A stretch of DNA of 63,985 bases, filler included, from Octopus bimaculoides (lineage: Eukaryota): assembly GCF_001194135.2 (NCBI RefSeq). It is 5 parts of 5 records of this genome, joined end to end, with 100 filler letters (N's around TTAATTAATTAA, not from the genome) between each part and the next. Parts side by side here need not be neighbours in the genome. Positions count along the whole stretch, not along the records: positions 30,400 to 46,064 come from NC_068981.1; positions 46,165 to 53,841 come from NC_068983.1; 3 more parts are not named here. One strand, 5' to 3'. This document shows, in pieces, positions 39,981 through 53,339 of the stretch. The translations under genes were made by a program, and so were the position numbers. The notes beneath the pieces are model-generated. The model had not been told where the DNA came from, did not search any database, and was given only the letters and a program-made list of their open reading frames with translations. Position 1 is the stretch's first letter. Each line of letters starts with the position of its first letter.

Positions 39981-41411
39981 TTAGCACTGTAAATGATAAC
40001 ATTGTCGTTGAAAATGCCATAGCTATTTATATCGTCAGCGTCATAAGTAACAACATTTTCAATGACGAAAACAGTGTCAATAAGAAAAGCAACAATAATG
40101 ATGACTTGCAAGGTGAGAAATTGGATGCTGTTCAAAAGATGTAATTGATCTATAATTGAAATTAATTCTTTGTCGCCATCTTTAGAATTTTCGTTTATTT
40201 GTTACTTAATTTTTCATTTGTTTATTTATTTATAAAATGTTTTCTATCCATCTCCAGGCGAAGATCGAATATATCAAACACAGAATGGTCTGCAAGGTAG
40301 AGTAAAAATGATTTTTTCCGCTCAAATAATTACTAATGTGTAATTCAAAAACAATAACAATTTTAATGATAGTTTTGTCGTTTCAAATAGAAAAAAAAAT
40401 TATAGACAGAACCAGAACAATTTTCGTTAGAAAAAAAATCATGATATATAATTTGACTAAGTGATTTTCAAAACTATATTAACACTAGCCTGTGTCTCAA
40501 TTAATGATTGCTTTCGATATTGATAATTAACACATAAAATTCTTCAAGTAAAACCATGCGTCTGGTTTTGTGAAACGCCTATTTTTCACTTATTTATTTG
40601 TTTGTCTTTGCAGTTGTTTTAAAATTTTTATTGAATAATGTAAAATCGAAATGTAAAACACTTTGTTATTTCTAACCGAATAATTATTTGTTAATCGAAG
40701 GTAATAATAAATGTCAGACATATATGAAACTTGAAATAACATTATCACAGCAAATAATGGACGTTTGTTTCTCTACCTTTTAGTTGTTTATTTGAATTGT
40801 TGTTTACAGAAAATTTTTTATTTATTTCGTAGCATAGAACAATGAAGCATTTTCAAAAATACATAAATTCAAGAATTATTTTAACATAGATTGCGATATT
40901 ACCGGATTAACAAACTAAAATGTTTGCTTTTATCCGGATTTATTGTCTTAAACTTTAGCTTTCGTTCTAAGCAATGCAGTATCTTCGTGTTAGGAATGTC
41001 AGATTTAATGATAACTGAAAAGTGTGACATATTCGAGAAATTTACTTAAACGCCAACTACTTCCAATGATAAATTACTTTACAACAATTTTAAAGCTTAT
41101 TTTCTCTTCAGGACTCTGTAAAAGATACTATTGAGAGACAGGACTTATAATAATGTCACAGAGATTTCTGGCCTGTTCCATCTGTCTAGAAGTTGAGCGT
41201 ACTAACAACACTTCATAAAACGATCGTCAATTGGATTTTTCTTGGTTCAGACTTACTTCTCAGATATAAAATAAAGTGTTGGATAAGGTGTACGTAATTA
41301 AATGCGTGTAAAAGGACAGTTAAGGTATTTAAATGGTTACTGTTAATCCACATTTATTAAAATGATAAATAACTGCCATTATACGTACCTCCATCAAATA
41401 TGTAGGGATTT

Positions 41412-41801
41412 GTAAAGGTGCAATGGCCCAGTGGTTAGGGCAGCGGACTCGCGGTCATAGGATCGCAGTTTCGATTCCCAGACCGGGCGTTGTGAGTGTT
41501 TATTGAGCGAAAGCACCTAAAAGCTCCACGAGGCTCTGGCAGGGGATGGTGGCAAACCCTGCTTTACTCTTTCACCACAACTTTCTCTCACTCTTATTTT
41601 CTGTTTCTGTTGTGCTTGTAATTCAAAGTGTCAGCCTTGTCACACTGTGTCACGCTGAATATCCCCGAGAACTACGTTAAGGGTACACGTGTCTGTGGAG
41701 TGCTCAGCTACTTGCACGTTAATTTCACGAGCAGGCTGTTCCGTTGATCGGATCAACTGGAACCCTCGACGTCGTAAGCGACGGAGTGCCAACACACACA
41801 C
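41412..41801 (+). mobile_element. Full-length SINE (family B) with 12-bp TSD
   Basis: Same head and body as 11353-11705, with a (CA)n tail. TSD atgtagggattt at 41400-41411 and 41802-41813. Confidence 0.93.
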
Positions 41802-42880
41802 ATGTAGGGATTTCATTTTCTTTAATTATATATTTCTAATGAAATCGATTAAAATTGATTAAAATTAACCTTGTAATATAAAAGGAAACCAGTGTCCCAC
41901 CCCATTGGATCAAATGTGAAACACTCAGTCGAATTATATGGAAGTTTCTATCTCCGACTTATATTTTTCACTTGAGGTCAACAGAGAAGATTATAGATTA
42001 ATACTGAAGCAGTAAAAATTTCTGAAATAGTTACAAACACTAAAGGACGCATCAGTAAGCGTGTTTTGTCTCGAATCCAGACTAAAACATTGGAAAAATA
42101 GGTATGACTGTCCTTCATGATATTCTAATCTAGTTTCCTAATATTTATTGGACTATATCTTTACAATGGTTACTGCAGTTGATAGTCAAATTGCATATGG
42201 GTACAGAGGAATTTGTTTTCTCCGAAACTTCACTTGTTTAAAATATCCTTGCATGAACGGCTGGTGGTTGCAGGCCGACCGTTGTTTCTGGTTCCTCTAG
42301 AAAATGAGAAAGCAAATGTCAAATCGTCGTAGATAATTATCGTGCGAGGTAAGTTGAATTCATTATTTATAAGTCAAGAAAATGCATGTCGCATAATTAC
42401 TTATAGATAATGAATTTGTAATTTATGCTGGCCAACTTATAGTTTATAACAGTGAACTGTATTACTATACGGTATCTATTTACTGCAAGATGTGTTACTC
42501 TGTTGTGAGCTAAATGCCTTTGCATTGTCTTCTAACACTTTGCGTGGTTTCTGCTGTCCTATCGACTCTGCCCACTGAGGGAGTAGACATGTTCAATAGA
42601 TATCACCGTTTATTTACTATTAGGTGTAAATACAGTATATATAAATATATGTGTATACCATAAAATTTATGTGAATATATATGAATATCTAAAGACAAAC
42701 TACTCTCCAAAATATAGAGATCATTATAAATTTAATGCCATACTAAGTACCGAGTTCGATACAACTGACGCGGTTCTCCACTATGGCTGCAATCCAATGA
42801 CTGAAACAAGCAAGAAAAAATTTTCTTTAGTAAGATGACAGTGAATTTTAGCATAGAACATTGGTTTACAAGCCATATGT

Positions 42881-43020
42881 TGGCAACCTACTCCATCGTC
42901 TACATAAAGGAGTGTTCTTCACTTAATATAGAACTAAAAACAAAAGACATTCTACTGCACTGGCAATCTACTCCATCTTTTACATAAAAGTGTGTTGTTT
43001 ACTTAACATAAAACTAAATA
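42881..43020. repeat. 80-bp tandem duplication
   Basis: tggcaacctactccatc..tacataaa...cttaatatagaactaaa recurs at 42961. Confidence 0.8.
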
Positions 43021-43779
43021 TAAAATATAAATGAAATAATTTGACTTGCTTTTGAAACTTTTAAAATTCTTTTCTAAACAAGACCAAAGTTTCATATACT
43101 GATCGGAAAAGGCATTTGTGTAAAAATTCTACTTATTACCATGGACATATCTATCAGGTCCAATGCCATCGTTTTTATGCAACCACCTCGGTTTTCCTAT
43201 TTTTTATAAGACATTCTATTAATATCTTCGATTAGCAATTGAAAACTCTGACAAATGAAATTAAAACATTCTACACCATGCACTGAAGAATTACTGCTTA
43301 GACAGTACTCTATCTTCTATTTTACCAACCAGTTCTTGTCAATTCCGGTTTTTCAAATCAACTGGCTTAAATAATTTTGTTCTTTTCCATTAACTTTAAA
43401 TTTATTTCATTACAATTAGGAAGATATCAATTTCGTCGTGTGTTTTTATATTCATTTAGAAACTATTACAAAACTAATTAATTTTGTCTTTAGCTCACAG
43501 CTCTGAAATGATTTCTGTTTTTTTTTTTAAGCTTAGTTGTTTTCTGTTTTTTAATGTTAGTTGTTTTCTGTTTTTTAAGTTAGTTGCTGGTGCCGTTTCC
43601 TTTTTATATTTGCTGGGTTATTTCTTCTTTGGCAAACTGCTGCAGATACAGTTCCAAAATTTTCTTGGCAATGACAAGTTGTCTTGTCATTTTACAGAAC
43701 CAATATTTCCGTTTCTTTAAATCCAAAGTTCGAATATTACAGGCGTCGAACTTATCTTTCATACCTCTATAGTTCAGAA

Positions 43780-44292
43780 GTTTCCAGCCATTGCGATGGT
43801 TTTAGTAGTGATAAGTAACGAAGGACATGTCATGATACTGCACATATTTCCACTTCTGGGTACGTTGAGATGCTCGAGACAGTTGTTAAGCCCTGGATGG
43901 ATGAAGTATGTGTTTCAAAAAAACTCAGCATCTTCTCACTAAGTCAATATAGGTTAAATATACATGTCAGATGGTCTTTATGAACACGTAACAACAACCT
44001 GTGGCTTCTGAACTCGCCAGATTTAAATCTTATGGACTACTAGTTTTGGGGTATTGTCGAAATGGAGATTAATGGATGTCCTCATAATAAGGCCGCCATT
44101 GGTGCAGGTACGTCAACGACACCAGTCCCTGCATTAAAGCATTCATTGACTAATCTTATATTCATTGACTATTCGTATAAGAAGGCTTATCGAAACGTGC
44201 ACAAATTTTTATTAAAACACATTTGGTTTTGCTAGATTAGAGTTGCATATTAAATTACTAAACATGTCCCCAAATGCCTCCCGCACAGTGTA
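43780..44292 (+). mobile_element. Tc1/mariner-superfamily transposase remnant, maT (DD37D)-like, with a probable 3' end
   Basis: KFPAIAMVLVVISNEGHVMILHIFP, YVEMLETVVKPWMDEV and W.LNSPDLNLMDY*FWGIVE parallel KHPASVMV.GVVSSEG, LETVVKPW and WPPxSPDLNPLDYxxWG. Ends ...cccgcacagtgTA. Confidence 0.78.
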
Positions 44293-44689
44293 TATATGTA
44301 TATATATATATTTATATNNNNNNNNNNNNNNNNNNNNNNNNNNNNNNNNNNNNNNNNNNNNNNNNNNNNNNNNNNNNNNNNNNNNNNNNNNNNNNNNNNN
44401 NNNNNNNNNNNNNNNNNNNNNNNNNNNNNNNNNNNNNNNNNNNNNNNNNNNNNNNNNNNNNNNNNNNNNNNNNNNNNNNNNNNNNNNNNNNNNNNNNNNN
44501 NNNNNNNNNNNNNNNNNNNNNNNNNNNNNNNNNNNNNNNNNNNNNNNNNNNNNNNNNNNNNNNNNNNNNNNNNNNNNNNNNNNNNNNNNNNNNNNNNNNN
44601 NNNNNNNNNNNNNNNNNNNNNNNNNNNNNNNNNNNNNNNNNNNNNNNNNNNNNNNNNNNNNNNNNNNNNNATATGTATATATATGTGTG

Positions 44690-44905
44690 TGTGTTTGTGT
44701 GTCTGTGTTTGTCCCCCCAAAATCGCTTGACAATCTTTGCTGGTGTCTTTACGTCCCCGTAGCTTAGCGGTTCGGCAAAAGAGACCGATAGAATAAGTAC
44801 AAGGCTTACAAAGAATAAGTCCTGGGGTCGATTTGCTCGACTAAAGGCGGTGCTCCAGCATGGCCGCAGTTAAATGACTGAAACAAGTAAAAGAGTAAAG
44901 AGTAA
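44690..44905 (+). mobile_element. SINE family A, 3' half (head probably lost in the N gap)
   Basis: cgcttgacaatc...ttacgtccccgtagcttagcggttcggcaaaagagaccgatagaataagtac...ggcggtgctccagcatggccgcagttaaatgactgaaacaagtaaaaga. Confidence 0.9.
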
Positions 44906-45802
44906 ATGTATTAATGCTATATTTGTACATTAATTCTGATCTTTCTATATACAACCAAATGTCTTTCATTAAAGTATTGGGGTTTACAACGTATTTGTGA
45001 AGCGTCGCTTTCTTTAGATATATCACTTAATTTCTTTTGCATTCACTTTTCCTCGTAGAAATAACATTCTTTATAGTTTCATATTTAGAAAACCTTATTA
45101 ATTTGTAAGAAAACATTTTGCAGAGAATGACAGTATACATACGGATAATGGACAGTAAAATTCTGAAATATTTATTAATTTCCACCAGAGACCTGAGGTC
45201 AATAAAATTTTTGTTGAACAAGTATAAAATTAATATATATATATATATATAATTAATATCAACTACTGAAATATGGTTGACATTTCTGAATGAAGAAAAA
45301 TGCTTAATTGTCAATAACTTGTCACTTTTGCAAAGATTTTCTTCAATAAAATTCTCCTTTCAAAACAGAGAAAATGCTTGTTTCTAAAATACAATAACAT
45401 AAGCTATTATTTTTAGAATAAGTATTTTTAGTCTAAAATATGACACTAGAAGCATCACATTAGAACTGCATTTCTGTTTGTTTGTTTTCTTGCTCTGTTT
45501 TTTTTTGTTTTTTTTAAATTAAAATCCCTCTTAAGAAGTAATTTTACGCTGTAAAGAATTACTTCTAAATATCAATAACCGGTTCAAATAATCTGTCCAA
45601 TATTAATAATAAAATCCAAATCCGAAGAAAATTTTTTACTAATATGATAGACATAAATAAAATAACAAATATCACAAATATCAACAAATATCATTGAAAA
45701 AATTGCAAAGCAAATTTCTAAGTTCGTTTCAACAATCGTTTTAGTATATATTACAAAATGACAATATGGCATTACTAAGGGTGTGTATGGTGCGACATAA
45801 TG

Positions 45803-45805
45803 ATG

Positions 45806-45877
<72 letters not shown>

Positions 45878-46064
45878 GCCCGGATACAGTACCAGGCTTC
45901 TGATCTTAATTGATTGGAAGTGTTATCATGTACATTGTTTGTCTTGGTATAAAAGAGGGGCTACAGCAAATATTCTGCTTAATACCACAGATTTGCTTGT
46001 CAGATGTTTGACCTTAACCAATTGAGCATGTCCCTTGGTGGCTGACGATATGTGAATCTCTGAT
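45803..46064 (-). mobile_element. 3' portion of a retroposon (SINE-like) with a (TTA)n tail
   Basis: A long (TAA)n run joins directly to a distinct higher-GC body that is cut by the scaffold spacer. Confidence 0.55.
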
Positions 46065-46164
46065 NNNNNNNNNNNNNNNNNNNNNNNNNNNNNNNNNNNN
46101 NNNNNNNNTTAATTAATTAANNNNNNNNNNNNNNNNNNNNNNNNNNNNNNNNNNNNNNNNNNNN
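46065..46164. other. Artificial scaffold spacer (44 N + TTAATTAATTAA + 44 N)
   Basis: Identical to the other three spacers. Confidence 0.95.
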
Positions 46165-46291
46165 ATGTACATTACACTACTATTTTGTATTGTTGGTGAT
46201 GTCTTGCTGCTACTGTTATTGTTGACCTTATCATATAGCTTCCACTGTTTTGGGTTATCTCGTTTTTCCCCTCTTCTTTCTTGCATATGTT

Positions 46292-46338
<47 letters not shown>

Positions 46339-46339
46339 C

Positions 46340-47830
46340 GTGTACGCTAGACTCAGATTAGACACATAGGCAGGGTCCTGGGTACTGGAAACTTAATGCG
46401 TCTTTCCCATCGAGACAGGTTTTCAGAGACCGGATTAGCACGCTACTAAAGAGGGCTTTGACGGGTGCCATCATCAACAACAAATGGCGGTTGCCTTCAA
46501 GTGAGCAATAAAAGAAGAAGCGATTAGGTATAGCAAAGCACTAGCTATAGATAGAAATAGAGTAGAGGCTGACCTAATTAAGAAGCTAGAAGAGGCGATT
46601 AGAAGTGGCATCGCATCCGACGTTTTGGCGGTGAGGTTGGCCCCCAACCAACACTTCAACGCCTAACACTAAGGGCGTGTTGTCAGAGCTAGGATGCGTG
46701 GTCTAAAGAACGAAGGTGTTGGAGCCGCACAAGAAGCCCGGGTGGAGGAGGTGCATCAGGGTAACAAAGCCACCATTTGGTCTCTGGTAGATGAACAGGG
46801 GCGCGAATTATGTGAACCAAGTAAAATGTGTGAGGCCTTTCAGCGGCACTTCGCCCCACAGCTCTGGACGAGTAGCTAGCGAGTCGCAGGTTGGACGTCA
46901 GTGCCTACCTGCACAGCCTGCCAAGACTCTCGACAAGAGAGGTAGGGTGCTGCGAAATTGCCATCACGGCGGCGGAAATGCGGGATGCAATGGCAGAAAG
47001 CTCGAGGGACAAATCGCCGGGTTTGGATGGTCTCACCTACGAGCTTTACTGTTGTATGCCAGACTTGTTTGGAGACGTCTTGGCAGCAGTGTACTGCAAC
47101 TGGCGGCAAAACGGGAGCATCCCCGGTTTTGTGAGTCGAGGATCCGTAACGCTGCTGAAGAAAGATCCAAAGAAGCGGGACGTAATTAATAACTTTAGGC
47201 CCATCACTCTGCTCAATGCAAACTTGAAAATTTGAGGAACTGGTCGACAAGACGCAAACATGCGCCGTACCGGGCCAGAACATCCACGATAACCTCCATC
47301 TTATGTGCTACATCATAGATAGTGTAGTTAAGGAACCTGGCATGGCTGGGGCCCTGATCAACTTGGATCAATCAAACACTTTCGATAAGGTAGACCGTCG
47401 ATNNNNNNNNNNNNNNNNNNNNNNNNNNNNNNNNNNNNNNNNNNNNNNNNNNNCTGGATAGCTGCTTTGTACAAAGGCATCCGTTCGGTATTTCGCGTAA
47501 ATGGACACGTATCGAGACCTTTCGACATTGCACGTTCGGTCCGTCAGGGATGCTCCCTTTCGTCGCTTCTATACGTATTGACTCTCGAGCCACTACGGCG
47601 GAAGCTGGCGACGCTGAGGGGCATCCCGGGAGAATTGGGATGCGAACGAGCGAGAAGCGCTACCTGTTCTGGATAAGCTCTACAGGCATAGCTCGAGAAA
47701 CACGGGGCCGGCCTGCCCGAGATGCAGTCAGAACGACGAAACCGTCCTGCACGCACTCGTACAGTGTCCAACCATTTCCCACCTGTGGACCTTTGTCAAA
47801 CGACTGCTATCGCGTGTGGGATGAGTCGGT
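46340..47830 (+). mobile_element. Tx1/L1-clade LINE ORF2 fragment, pseudogenised
   Basis: QGPGYWKLNAS, KSPGLDGLTYELY, RGSVTLLKKDP..NFRPITLLNANLKI, SVRQGCSLSSLLYVLTLEPL, and a late ETVLHALVQCP zinc-knuckle remnant. It directly follows a (TG)n tract. Confidence 0.9.
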
Positions 47831-47849
47831 ATTGACATTTCTGTGATAC

Positions 47850-48470
47850 ACGATCCCTATAGATCGGCACTTTTTCTTTTTTCCACGATAAAATTGCTCA
47901 CCAGACCACCACAGATTAGCAGCCGTGTTTCATTGTGGCTGCAATATTTTCACATCATGATCACAAATCTACAATCGATCAGTGTCAGGAAATACAGTAA
48001 ATCTGGACTCATCAGAGAATATGACATCGTCCCAAAATGCTAGTGGCCTCTCCACCATCTCACTGACCCAATATTTTCTCTGCTTGATGTTGGCTGGTCG
48101 AAGAAGTGGCTTCATTCTTACTGCTCTGCCATAGTAACCAAGTGTGTGAAGATACCTAACAGCTCTTCTGGGACAGACATCAACTTGTTCCGCTATGTCA
48201 GAGGCTTTGCAACGAGGATTATCCCCCACACTTCGCTTAACAAAGGGAGGAGTCCTGTTAGAGGGCCCTGGTTGATCTGAGCAAGGTGATGTGGACTCGT
48301 TCCCCTCTCTAGTGAATTGCACAATCACTGTATTAAATGCGGAATGCTGAGTTCCATGATTTTCTGTAATTTTACGCTAGGTTTACCTTCAGAATGACTC
48401 ACAATAGGCCACTTTGAAATTCAGACAGTTCCAAGGCTTCTTTTTTATATGGCATGTTTAAAAAGTCACA
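47850..48470 (-). mobile_element. Tc1-like transposase fragment
   Basis: ORF 47969-48328 has LHTLGYYGRAVRMKPLL...FWDDVIFSDESRF, followed by QPTMKHG.SVVVW. Confidence 0.85.
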
Positions 48471-48556
48471 TATAGAACCTGAAATATACAAATTTCAATT
48501 TATGAAATAATATATACGTTCACAAGTTAGAATAAACATAAACAATGTTTATATAT

Positions 48557-48601
<45 letters not shown>

Positions 48602-48619
48602 CAGAGAGAGAGAGAGATG

Positions 48620-48910
48620 AAGGGGTAACCCCTCTCCCGGTCATGAATGGCCATGGGATTGCACTTAGAAAGTTCCCCTCCGAGGCACAAGTTCGAGCAA
48701 AGCTGTTTATGGAAGACCAGCAGTTTCCCTTGCACATCAGCCTCCTCTCTCCACGTCACTGATGTTATCCAAGGAAAAGGCAAAAGCCGATAGAGCCTGG
48801 CACCAGTGACGTCACAACTCATTTCTACTGCTGAGTGGACTAGAACAAAATGATATAATGTGTCTTGTTCAAGAACACAACACACAGCCCGGTCGAGGAA
48901 TCGAACGAAC
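48620..48910 (-). mobile_element. tRNA-derived SINE with CORE-like domain, 5' truncated
   Basis: Minus strand has B-box gttcgattcctcgacc, then gtgttcttgaacaagacac...agtccactcagcagtagaaatgag. Related to the head of 7776-8028 but with a different tail. Confidence 0.78.
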
Positions 48911-50189
48911 TTCCTATAAAGTGTTTTGAGTGTGTAAGAGTGTGTGTTTGTAATCAGCTGGACTGAACTCTTCTTGATATTGTATCACCTCACTTGGGCC
49001 ATCTGTGGAGCTGAATAGTAGTAATGAAAAGTACAGTTAGATACGGGCAGGCAAAGGTGCCACAATAAATGAAGAAAAACACTGGTGATTTTAGTACTTA
49101 GTTATGTTCAAACGTATGACCTTCTATGTCTCACAAAAGAATATGATATACAAATATTTGCCTTCTGTTTCCTCTTGTATAACAACCATTCACAATAACG
49201 AAAATGAAAATAGAATTTATCACTATTATTATCACGTGATACTTCATATCCGACGAATGCTCTGATGCTTTAAAATCAAAATAGTTTGACATTATTTCTT
49301 CGTCGTTGTCGTTGTTGTTGTTCATCTACTTGCTGTTCCTTTGACTAAATTTCGATCCAACACGGACTTTAACATTTAAATGTCACTATAGCACATCCTG
49401 TAAGCAGATAACGTTGGATGTGGGCGCAAACATATACATACAGATGCACAATTTCCATATTACACACATACACACACTTATACATATATGTATATAATCA
49501 TTTTATATATACATATATACGCATATATATCTATATATGTGTACTTTTATAATTTTGTTTTAAATTATATACGTTTAATATGAACGCATACTTCCACTCT
49601 GAACCTCTCCTCGGTCTTTTTCTTTGTCTCTCTTTCTCGCACACTCTCNNNNNNNNNNNNNNNNNNNNNNNNNNNNNNNNNNNNNNNNNNNNNNNNNNNN
49701 NNNNNNNNNNNNNNNNNNNNNNNNNNNNNNNNNNNNNNNNNNNNNNNNNNNNNNNNNNNNNNNNNNNNNNNNNNNNNNNNNNNNNNNNNNNNNNNNNNNN
49801 NNNNNNNNNNNNNNNNNNNNNNNNNNNNNNNNNNNNNNNNNNNNNNNNNNNNNNNNNNNNNNNNNNNNNNNNNNNNNNNNNNNNNNNNNNNNNNNNNNNN
49901 NNNNNNNNNNNNNNNNNNNNNNNNNNNNNNNNNNNNNNNNNNNNNNNNNNNNNNNNNNNNNNNNNNNNNNNNNNNNNNNNNNNNNNNNNNNNNNNNNNNN
50001 NNNNNNNNNNNNNNNNNNNNNNNNNNNNNNNNNNNNNNNNNNNNNNNNNNNNNNNNNNNNNNNNNNNNNNNNNNNNNNNNNNNNNNNNNNNNNNNNNNNN
50101 NNNNNNNNNNNNNNNNNNNNNNNNNNNNNNNNNNNNNNNNNNNNNNNNNNNNNNNNNNNNNNNNNNNNNNNNNNNNNNNNNNNNNNNNN

Positions 50190-50234
<45 letters not shown>

Positions 50235-50965
50235 TGTGTAGGTGAATGTGTGGTGGAGTGTACGACGTGTGTATATGTCAAAATATAATATGAAAGCCAC
50301 AAAAACAATGAGTTGTGAAAACTAAGAATTGGGTTAAGACACATTAAATACGCAGTGAGTTTTCTCTTTCATTCCAAAGCGAATTCTATTTCTTCACTTA
50401 TCTCGTTAATGTCATTCATAAACACACCAAAGTCTCTAATTCACACTTCTCAACTACTAAAAGTACATCGACTGTAATTTTTGCATCGAAATACGCTGAC
50501 GGTAGCTCCATGGAGAAATCGTTTTATACCTGTTGCATTATTGGAGAAATTACTCATACAAACGCATTGTGTATAAGTAGAACCAAGTCATAAATTCATC
50601 GATACCGAATCTAGTCTCTAAATCGTAGCATGTGATGCATAATTAAGGAAATACTTATTTTGATCACAACGAAACACACATGTATATCTATCTAGCCATC
50701 TATCTAACTATATCTATGTATGTATGTATGTTTATATATATATATATATATATNNNNNNNNNNNNNNNNNNNNNNNNNNNNNNNNNNNNNNNNNNNNNNN
50801 NNNNNNNNNNNNNNNNNNNNNNNNNNNNNNNNNNNNNNNNNNNNNNNNNNNNNNNNNNNNNNNNNNNNNNNNNNNNNNNNNNNNNNNNNNNNNNNNNNNN
50901 NNNNNNNNNNNNNNNNNNNNNNNNNNNNNNNNNNNNNNNNNNNNNNNNNNNNNNNNNNNNNNNNN

Positions 50966-51009
<44 letters not shown>

Positions 51010-51359
51010 GTATATATATATAAATTATATTTCAGAAAACGGAGATGTAGCATCAATATAATTTATTATTTATTAACTGCAAAAATTCAAGCTGTTTCGA
51101 TTTTAACAAAGAATTAAATTCCTGTAATTAAACATTCTATTGAGCAAAATCTCGGCAGAGGAACAGAAAGACATACTGTTAGGTTATTAGGTCTTATTCT
51201 TCCAAAACATCTCAGGAGAGTGAATATAACTCAATTACTAAGTTTGGTGTAAACCAATTTTATGATACGGGTGAAAGAAGTAGGTTTGCACATGTATGTA
51301 TGTTTTATTTTCGTACACTTAATTGTTGATTACACATGTATAATGGGATTGAAGGCTTG

Positions 51360-51823
51360 TGATACCTGTGGAGTATCTCCTTCTCCCATTATAATTATTT
51401 CCGTAGTCTTAAGGATCCGGAACACGAAGAAGAAGCTTACGAACGGAGTGTAACTCAACAGTTGTTTATTTTTAGTTCTCGTTCATGTGACTCGCTCAAA
51501 GTGACCATCTTTATGGCAGCGTGTGGTTCGTTATAGCTCCGTTCACGTGAGGTTCATTACATCTGGTGATAGCAGGTGAAGTTAGAGCGGGCTAAGAGTC
51601 AGCTGTGAGCTGCCAGCTTGCAGTGTTTCTAAGCGTAAGCGAGAAAGAAGGAAGAGAAAGACTGTCTTAATTCTGCTTAAATAGCCGTTACCGGCAAGAG
51701 TTTCACTGTCGTCTCACGCATGGCAAATTGTTGCAGGCGAGATCTCGCTCCTGTTTTGGATATGGTAATGGCTACCGGCGAAATATCGTGCAAAATGGCG
51801 CTGGCTTCATCTGTCTCGCTACA
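51360..51823 (-). mobile_element. Solo LTR (464 bp) with a perfect 4-bp TSD
   Basis: Minus-strand termini TGTAGCG...GGTATCA (TG..CA). CTTG flanks both sides (51356-51359, 51824-51827). TATTTAA lies upstream of AATAAA on the minus strand, inside a GC-rich island. Confidence 0.75.
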
Positions 51824-52144
51824 CTTGTATGAATGTGTATTCGTACATATAACATGTACGTGTATAAGTATATAGACAAGTGTGTATTACATATAATTAT
51901 TTGTTTTTAATTGTGTATTAATGCATAAGTATACGTGTAGATACATGCATGCGTAGGTGTATATAGCTGCGCACATAAAAGATTTTCCACGTGAGCGTAC
52001 TTTATACAACGTATTTGTACCCAATGCATATGCGTGTATGCGCGTATGTCTTTTTACATGTATGTATATATTGTTATTTACATGTAAATATTATTACCAG
52101 GACATGTATATCGGGAGTGCGTATGCGTGCATAAGTGTGTGTAT

Positions 52145-52184
<40 letters not shown>

Positions 52185-53339
52185 NNNNNNNNNNNNNNNN
52201 NNNNNNNNNNNNNNNNNNNNNNNNNNNNNNNNNNNNNNNNNNNNNNNNNNNNNNNNNNNNNNNNNNNNNNNNNNNNNNNNNNNNNNNNNNNNNNNNNNNN
52301 NNNNNNNNNNNNNNNNNNNNNNNNNNNNNNNNNNNNNNNNNNNNNNNNNNNNNNNNNNNNNNNNNNNNNNNNNNNNNNNNNNNNNNNNNNNNNNNNNNNN
52401 NNNNNNNNNNNNNNNNNNNNNNNNNNNNNNNNNNNNNNNNNNNNNNNNNNNNNNNNNNNNNNNNNNNNNNNNNNNNNNNNNNNNNNNNNNNNNNNNNNNN
52501 NNNNNNNNNNNNNNNNNNNNNNNNNNNNNNNNNNNNNNNNNNNNNNNNNNNNNNNNNNNNNNNNNNNNNNNNNNNNNNNNNNNNNNNNNNNNNNNNNNNN
52601 NNNNNNNNNNNNNNNNNNNNNNNNNNNNNNNNNNNNNNNNNNNNNNNNNNNNNNNNNNNNNNNNNNNNNNNNNNNNNNNNNNNNNNNNNNNNNNNNNNNN
52701 NNNNNNNNNCTTCCGATCTTATATATGCATATGTGGGCACAGAACATCTTGAAAGGCGTACAACATAAAAGTACGAAGCACGAGTACATGGAACATGAAC
52801 TATTCGTTCGAACAATGAAAGACGCAAATGGAAAAGAAAACAAACAACATAAAGAACCCAAATTTGATTTAATTTCCTTTGTGGGAGCAACTGTTTTATC
52901 GAAAGTGTATATTGTTGTTAAATGCTCGAAATACGAGACTAGAAAAACAGACAACAACTGATGAAGGGTTGTTCTTTATTTTTGAAAAACAACTTTCTTC
53001 CAAACAATGCCACCTGGTTTTGCCATTTTTTTTTTAAGCCAAGAATAAACTTGTCATTGAAAGAACTGACCAGCTGCAAACATAATTTTCTTCTTCTTTC
53101 CTTCTCTTTCCCATTGACACTCCTTTCAGACACACAGGCACACACACACACGCACGCACACACACACACACACACCAATACAAAAACACTTACACACAAA
53201 AACACACACACTCTCTCTCTCACTTTTCCCTCGATTGCTCACCCTCTCTTACTATCCTATATATGTCTCTCTTCACCCCTAACATTCAATAATACTATAA
53301 AAAAGAAACATTCTCTCAAGGTCTCTCTCAAAATTTGAT

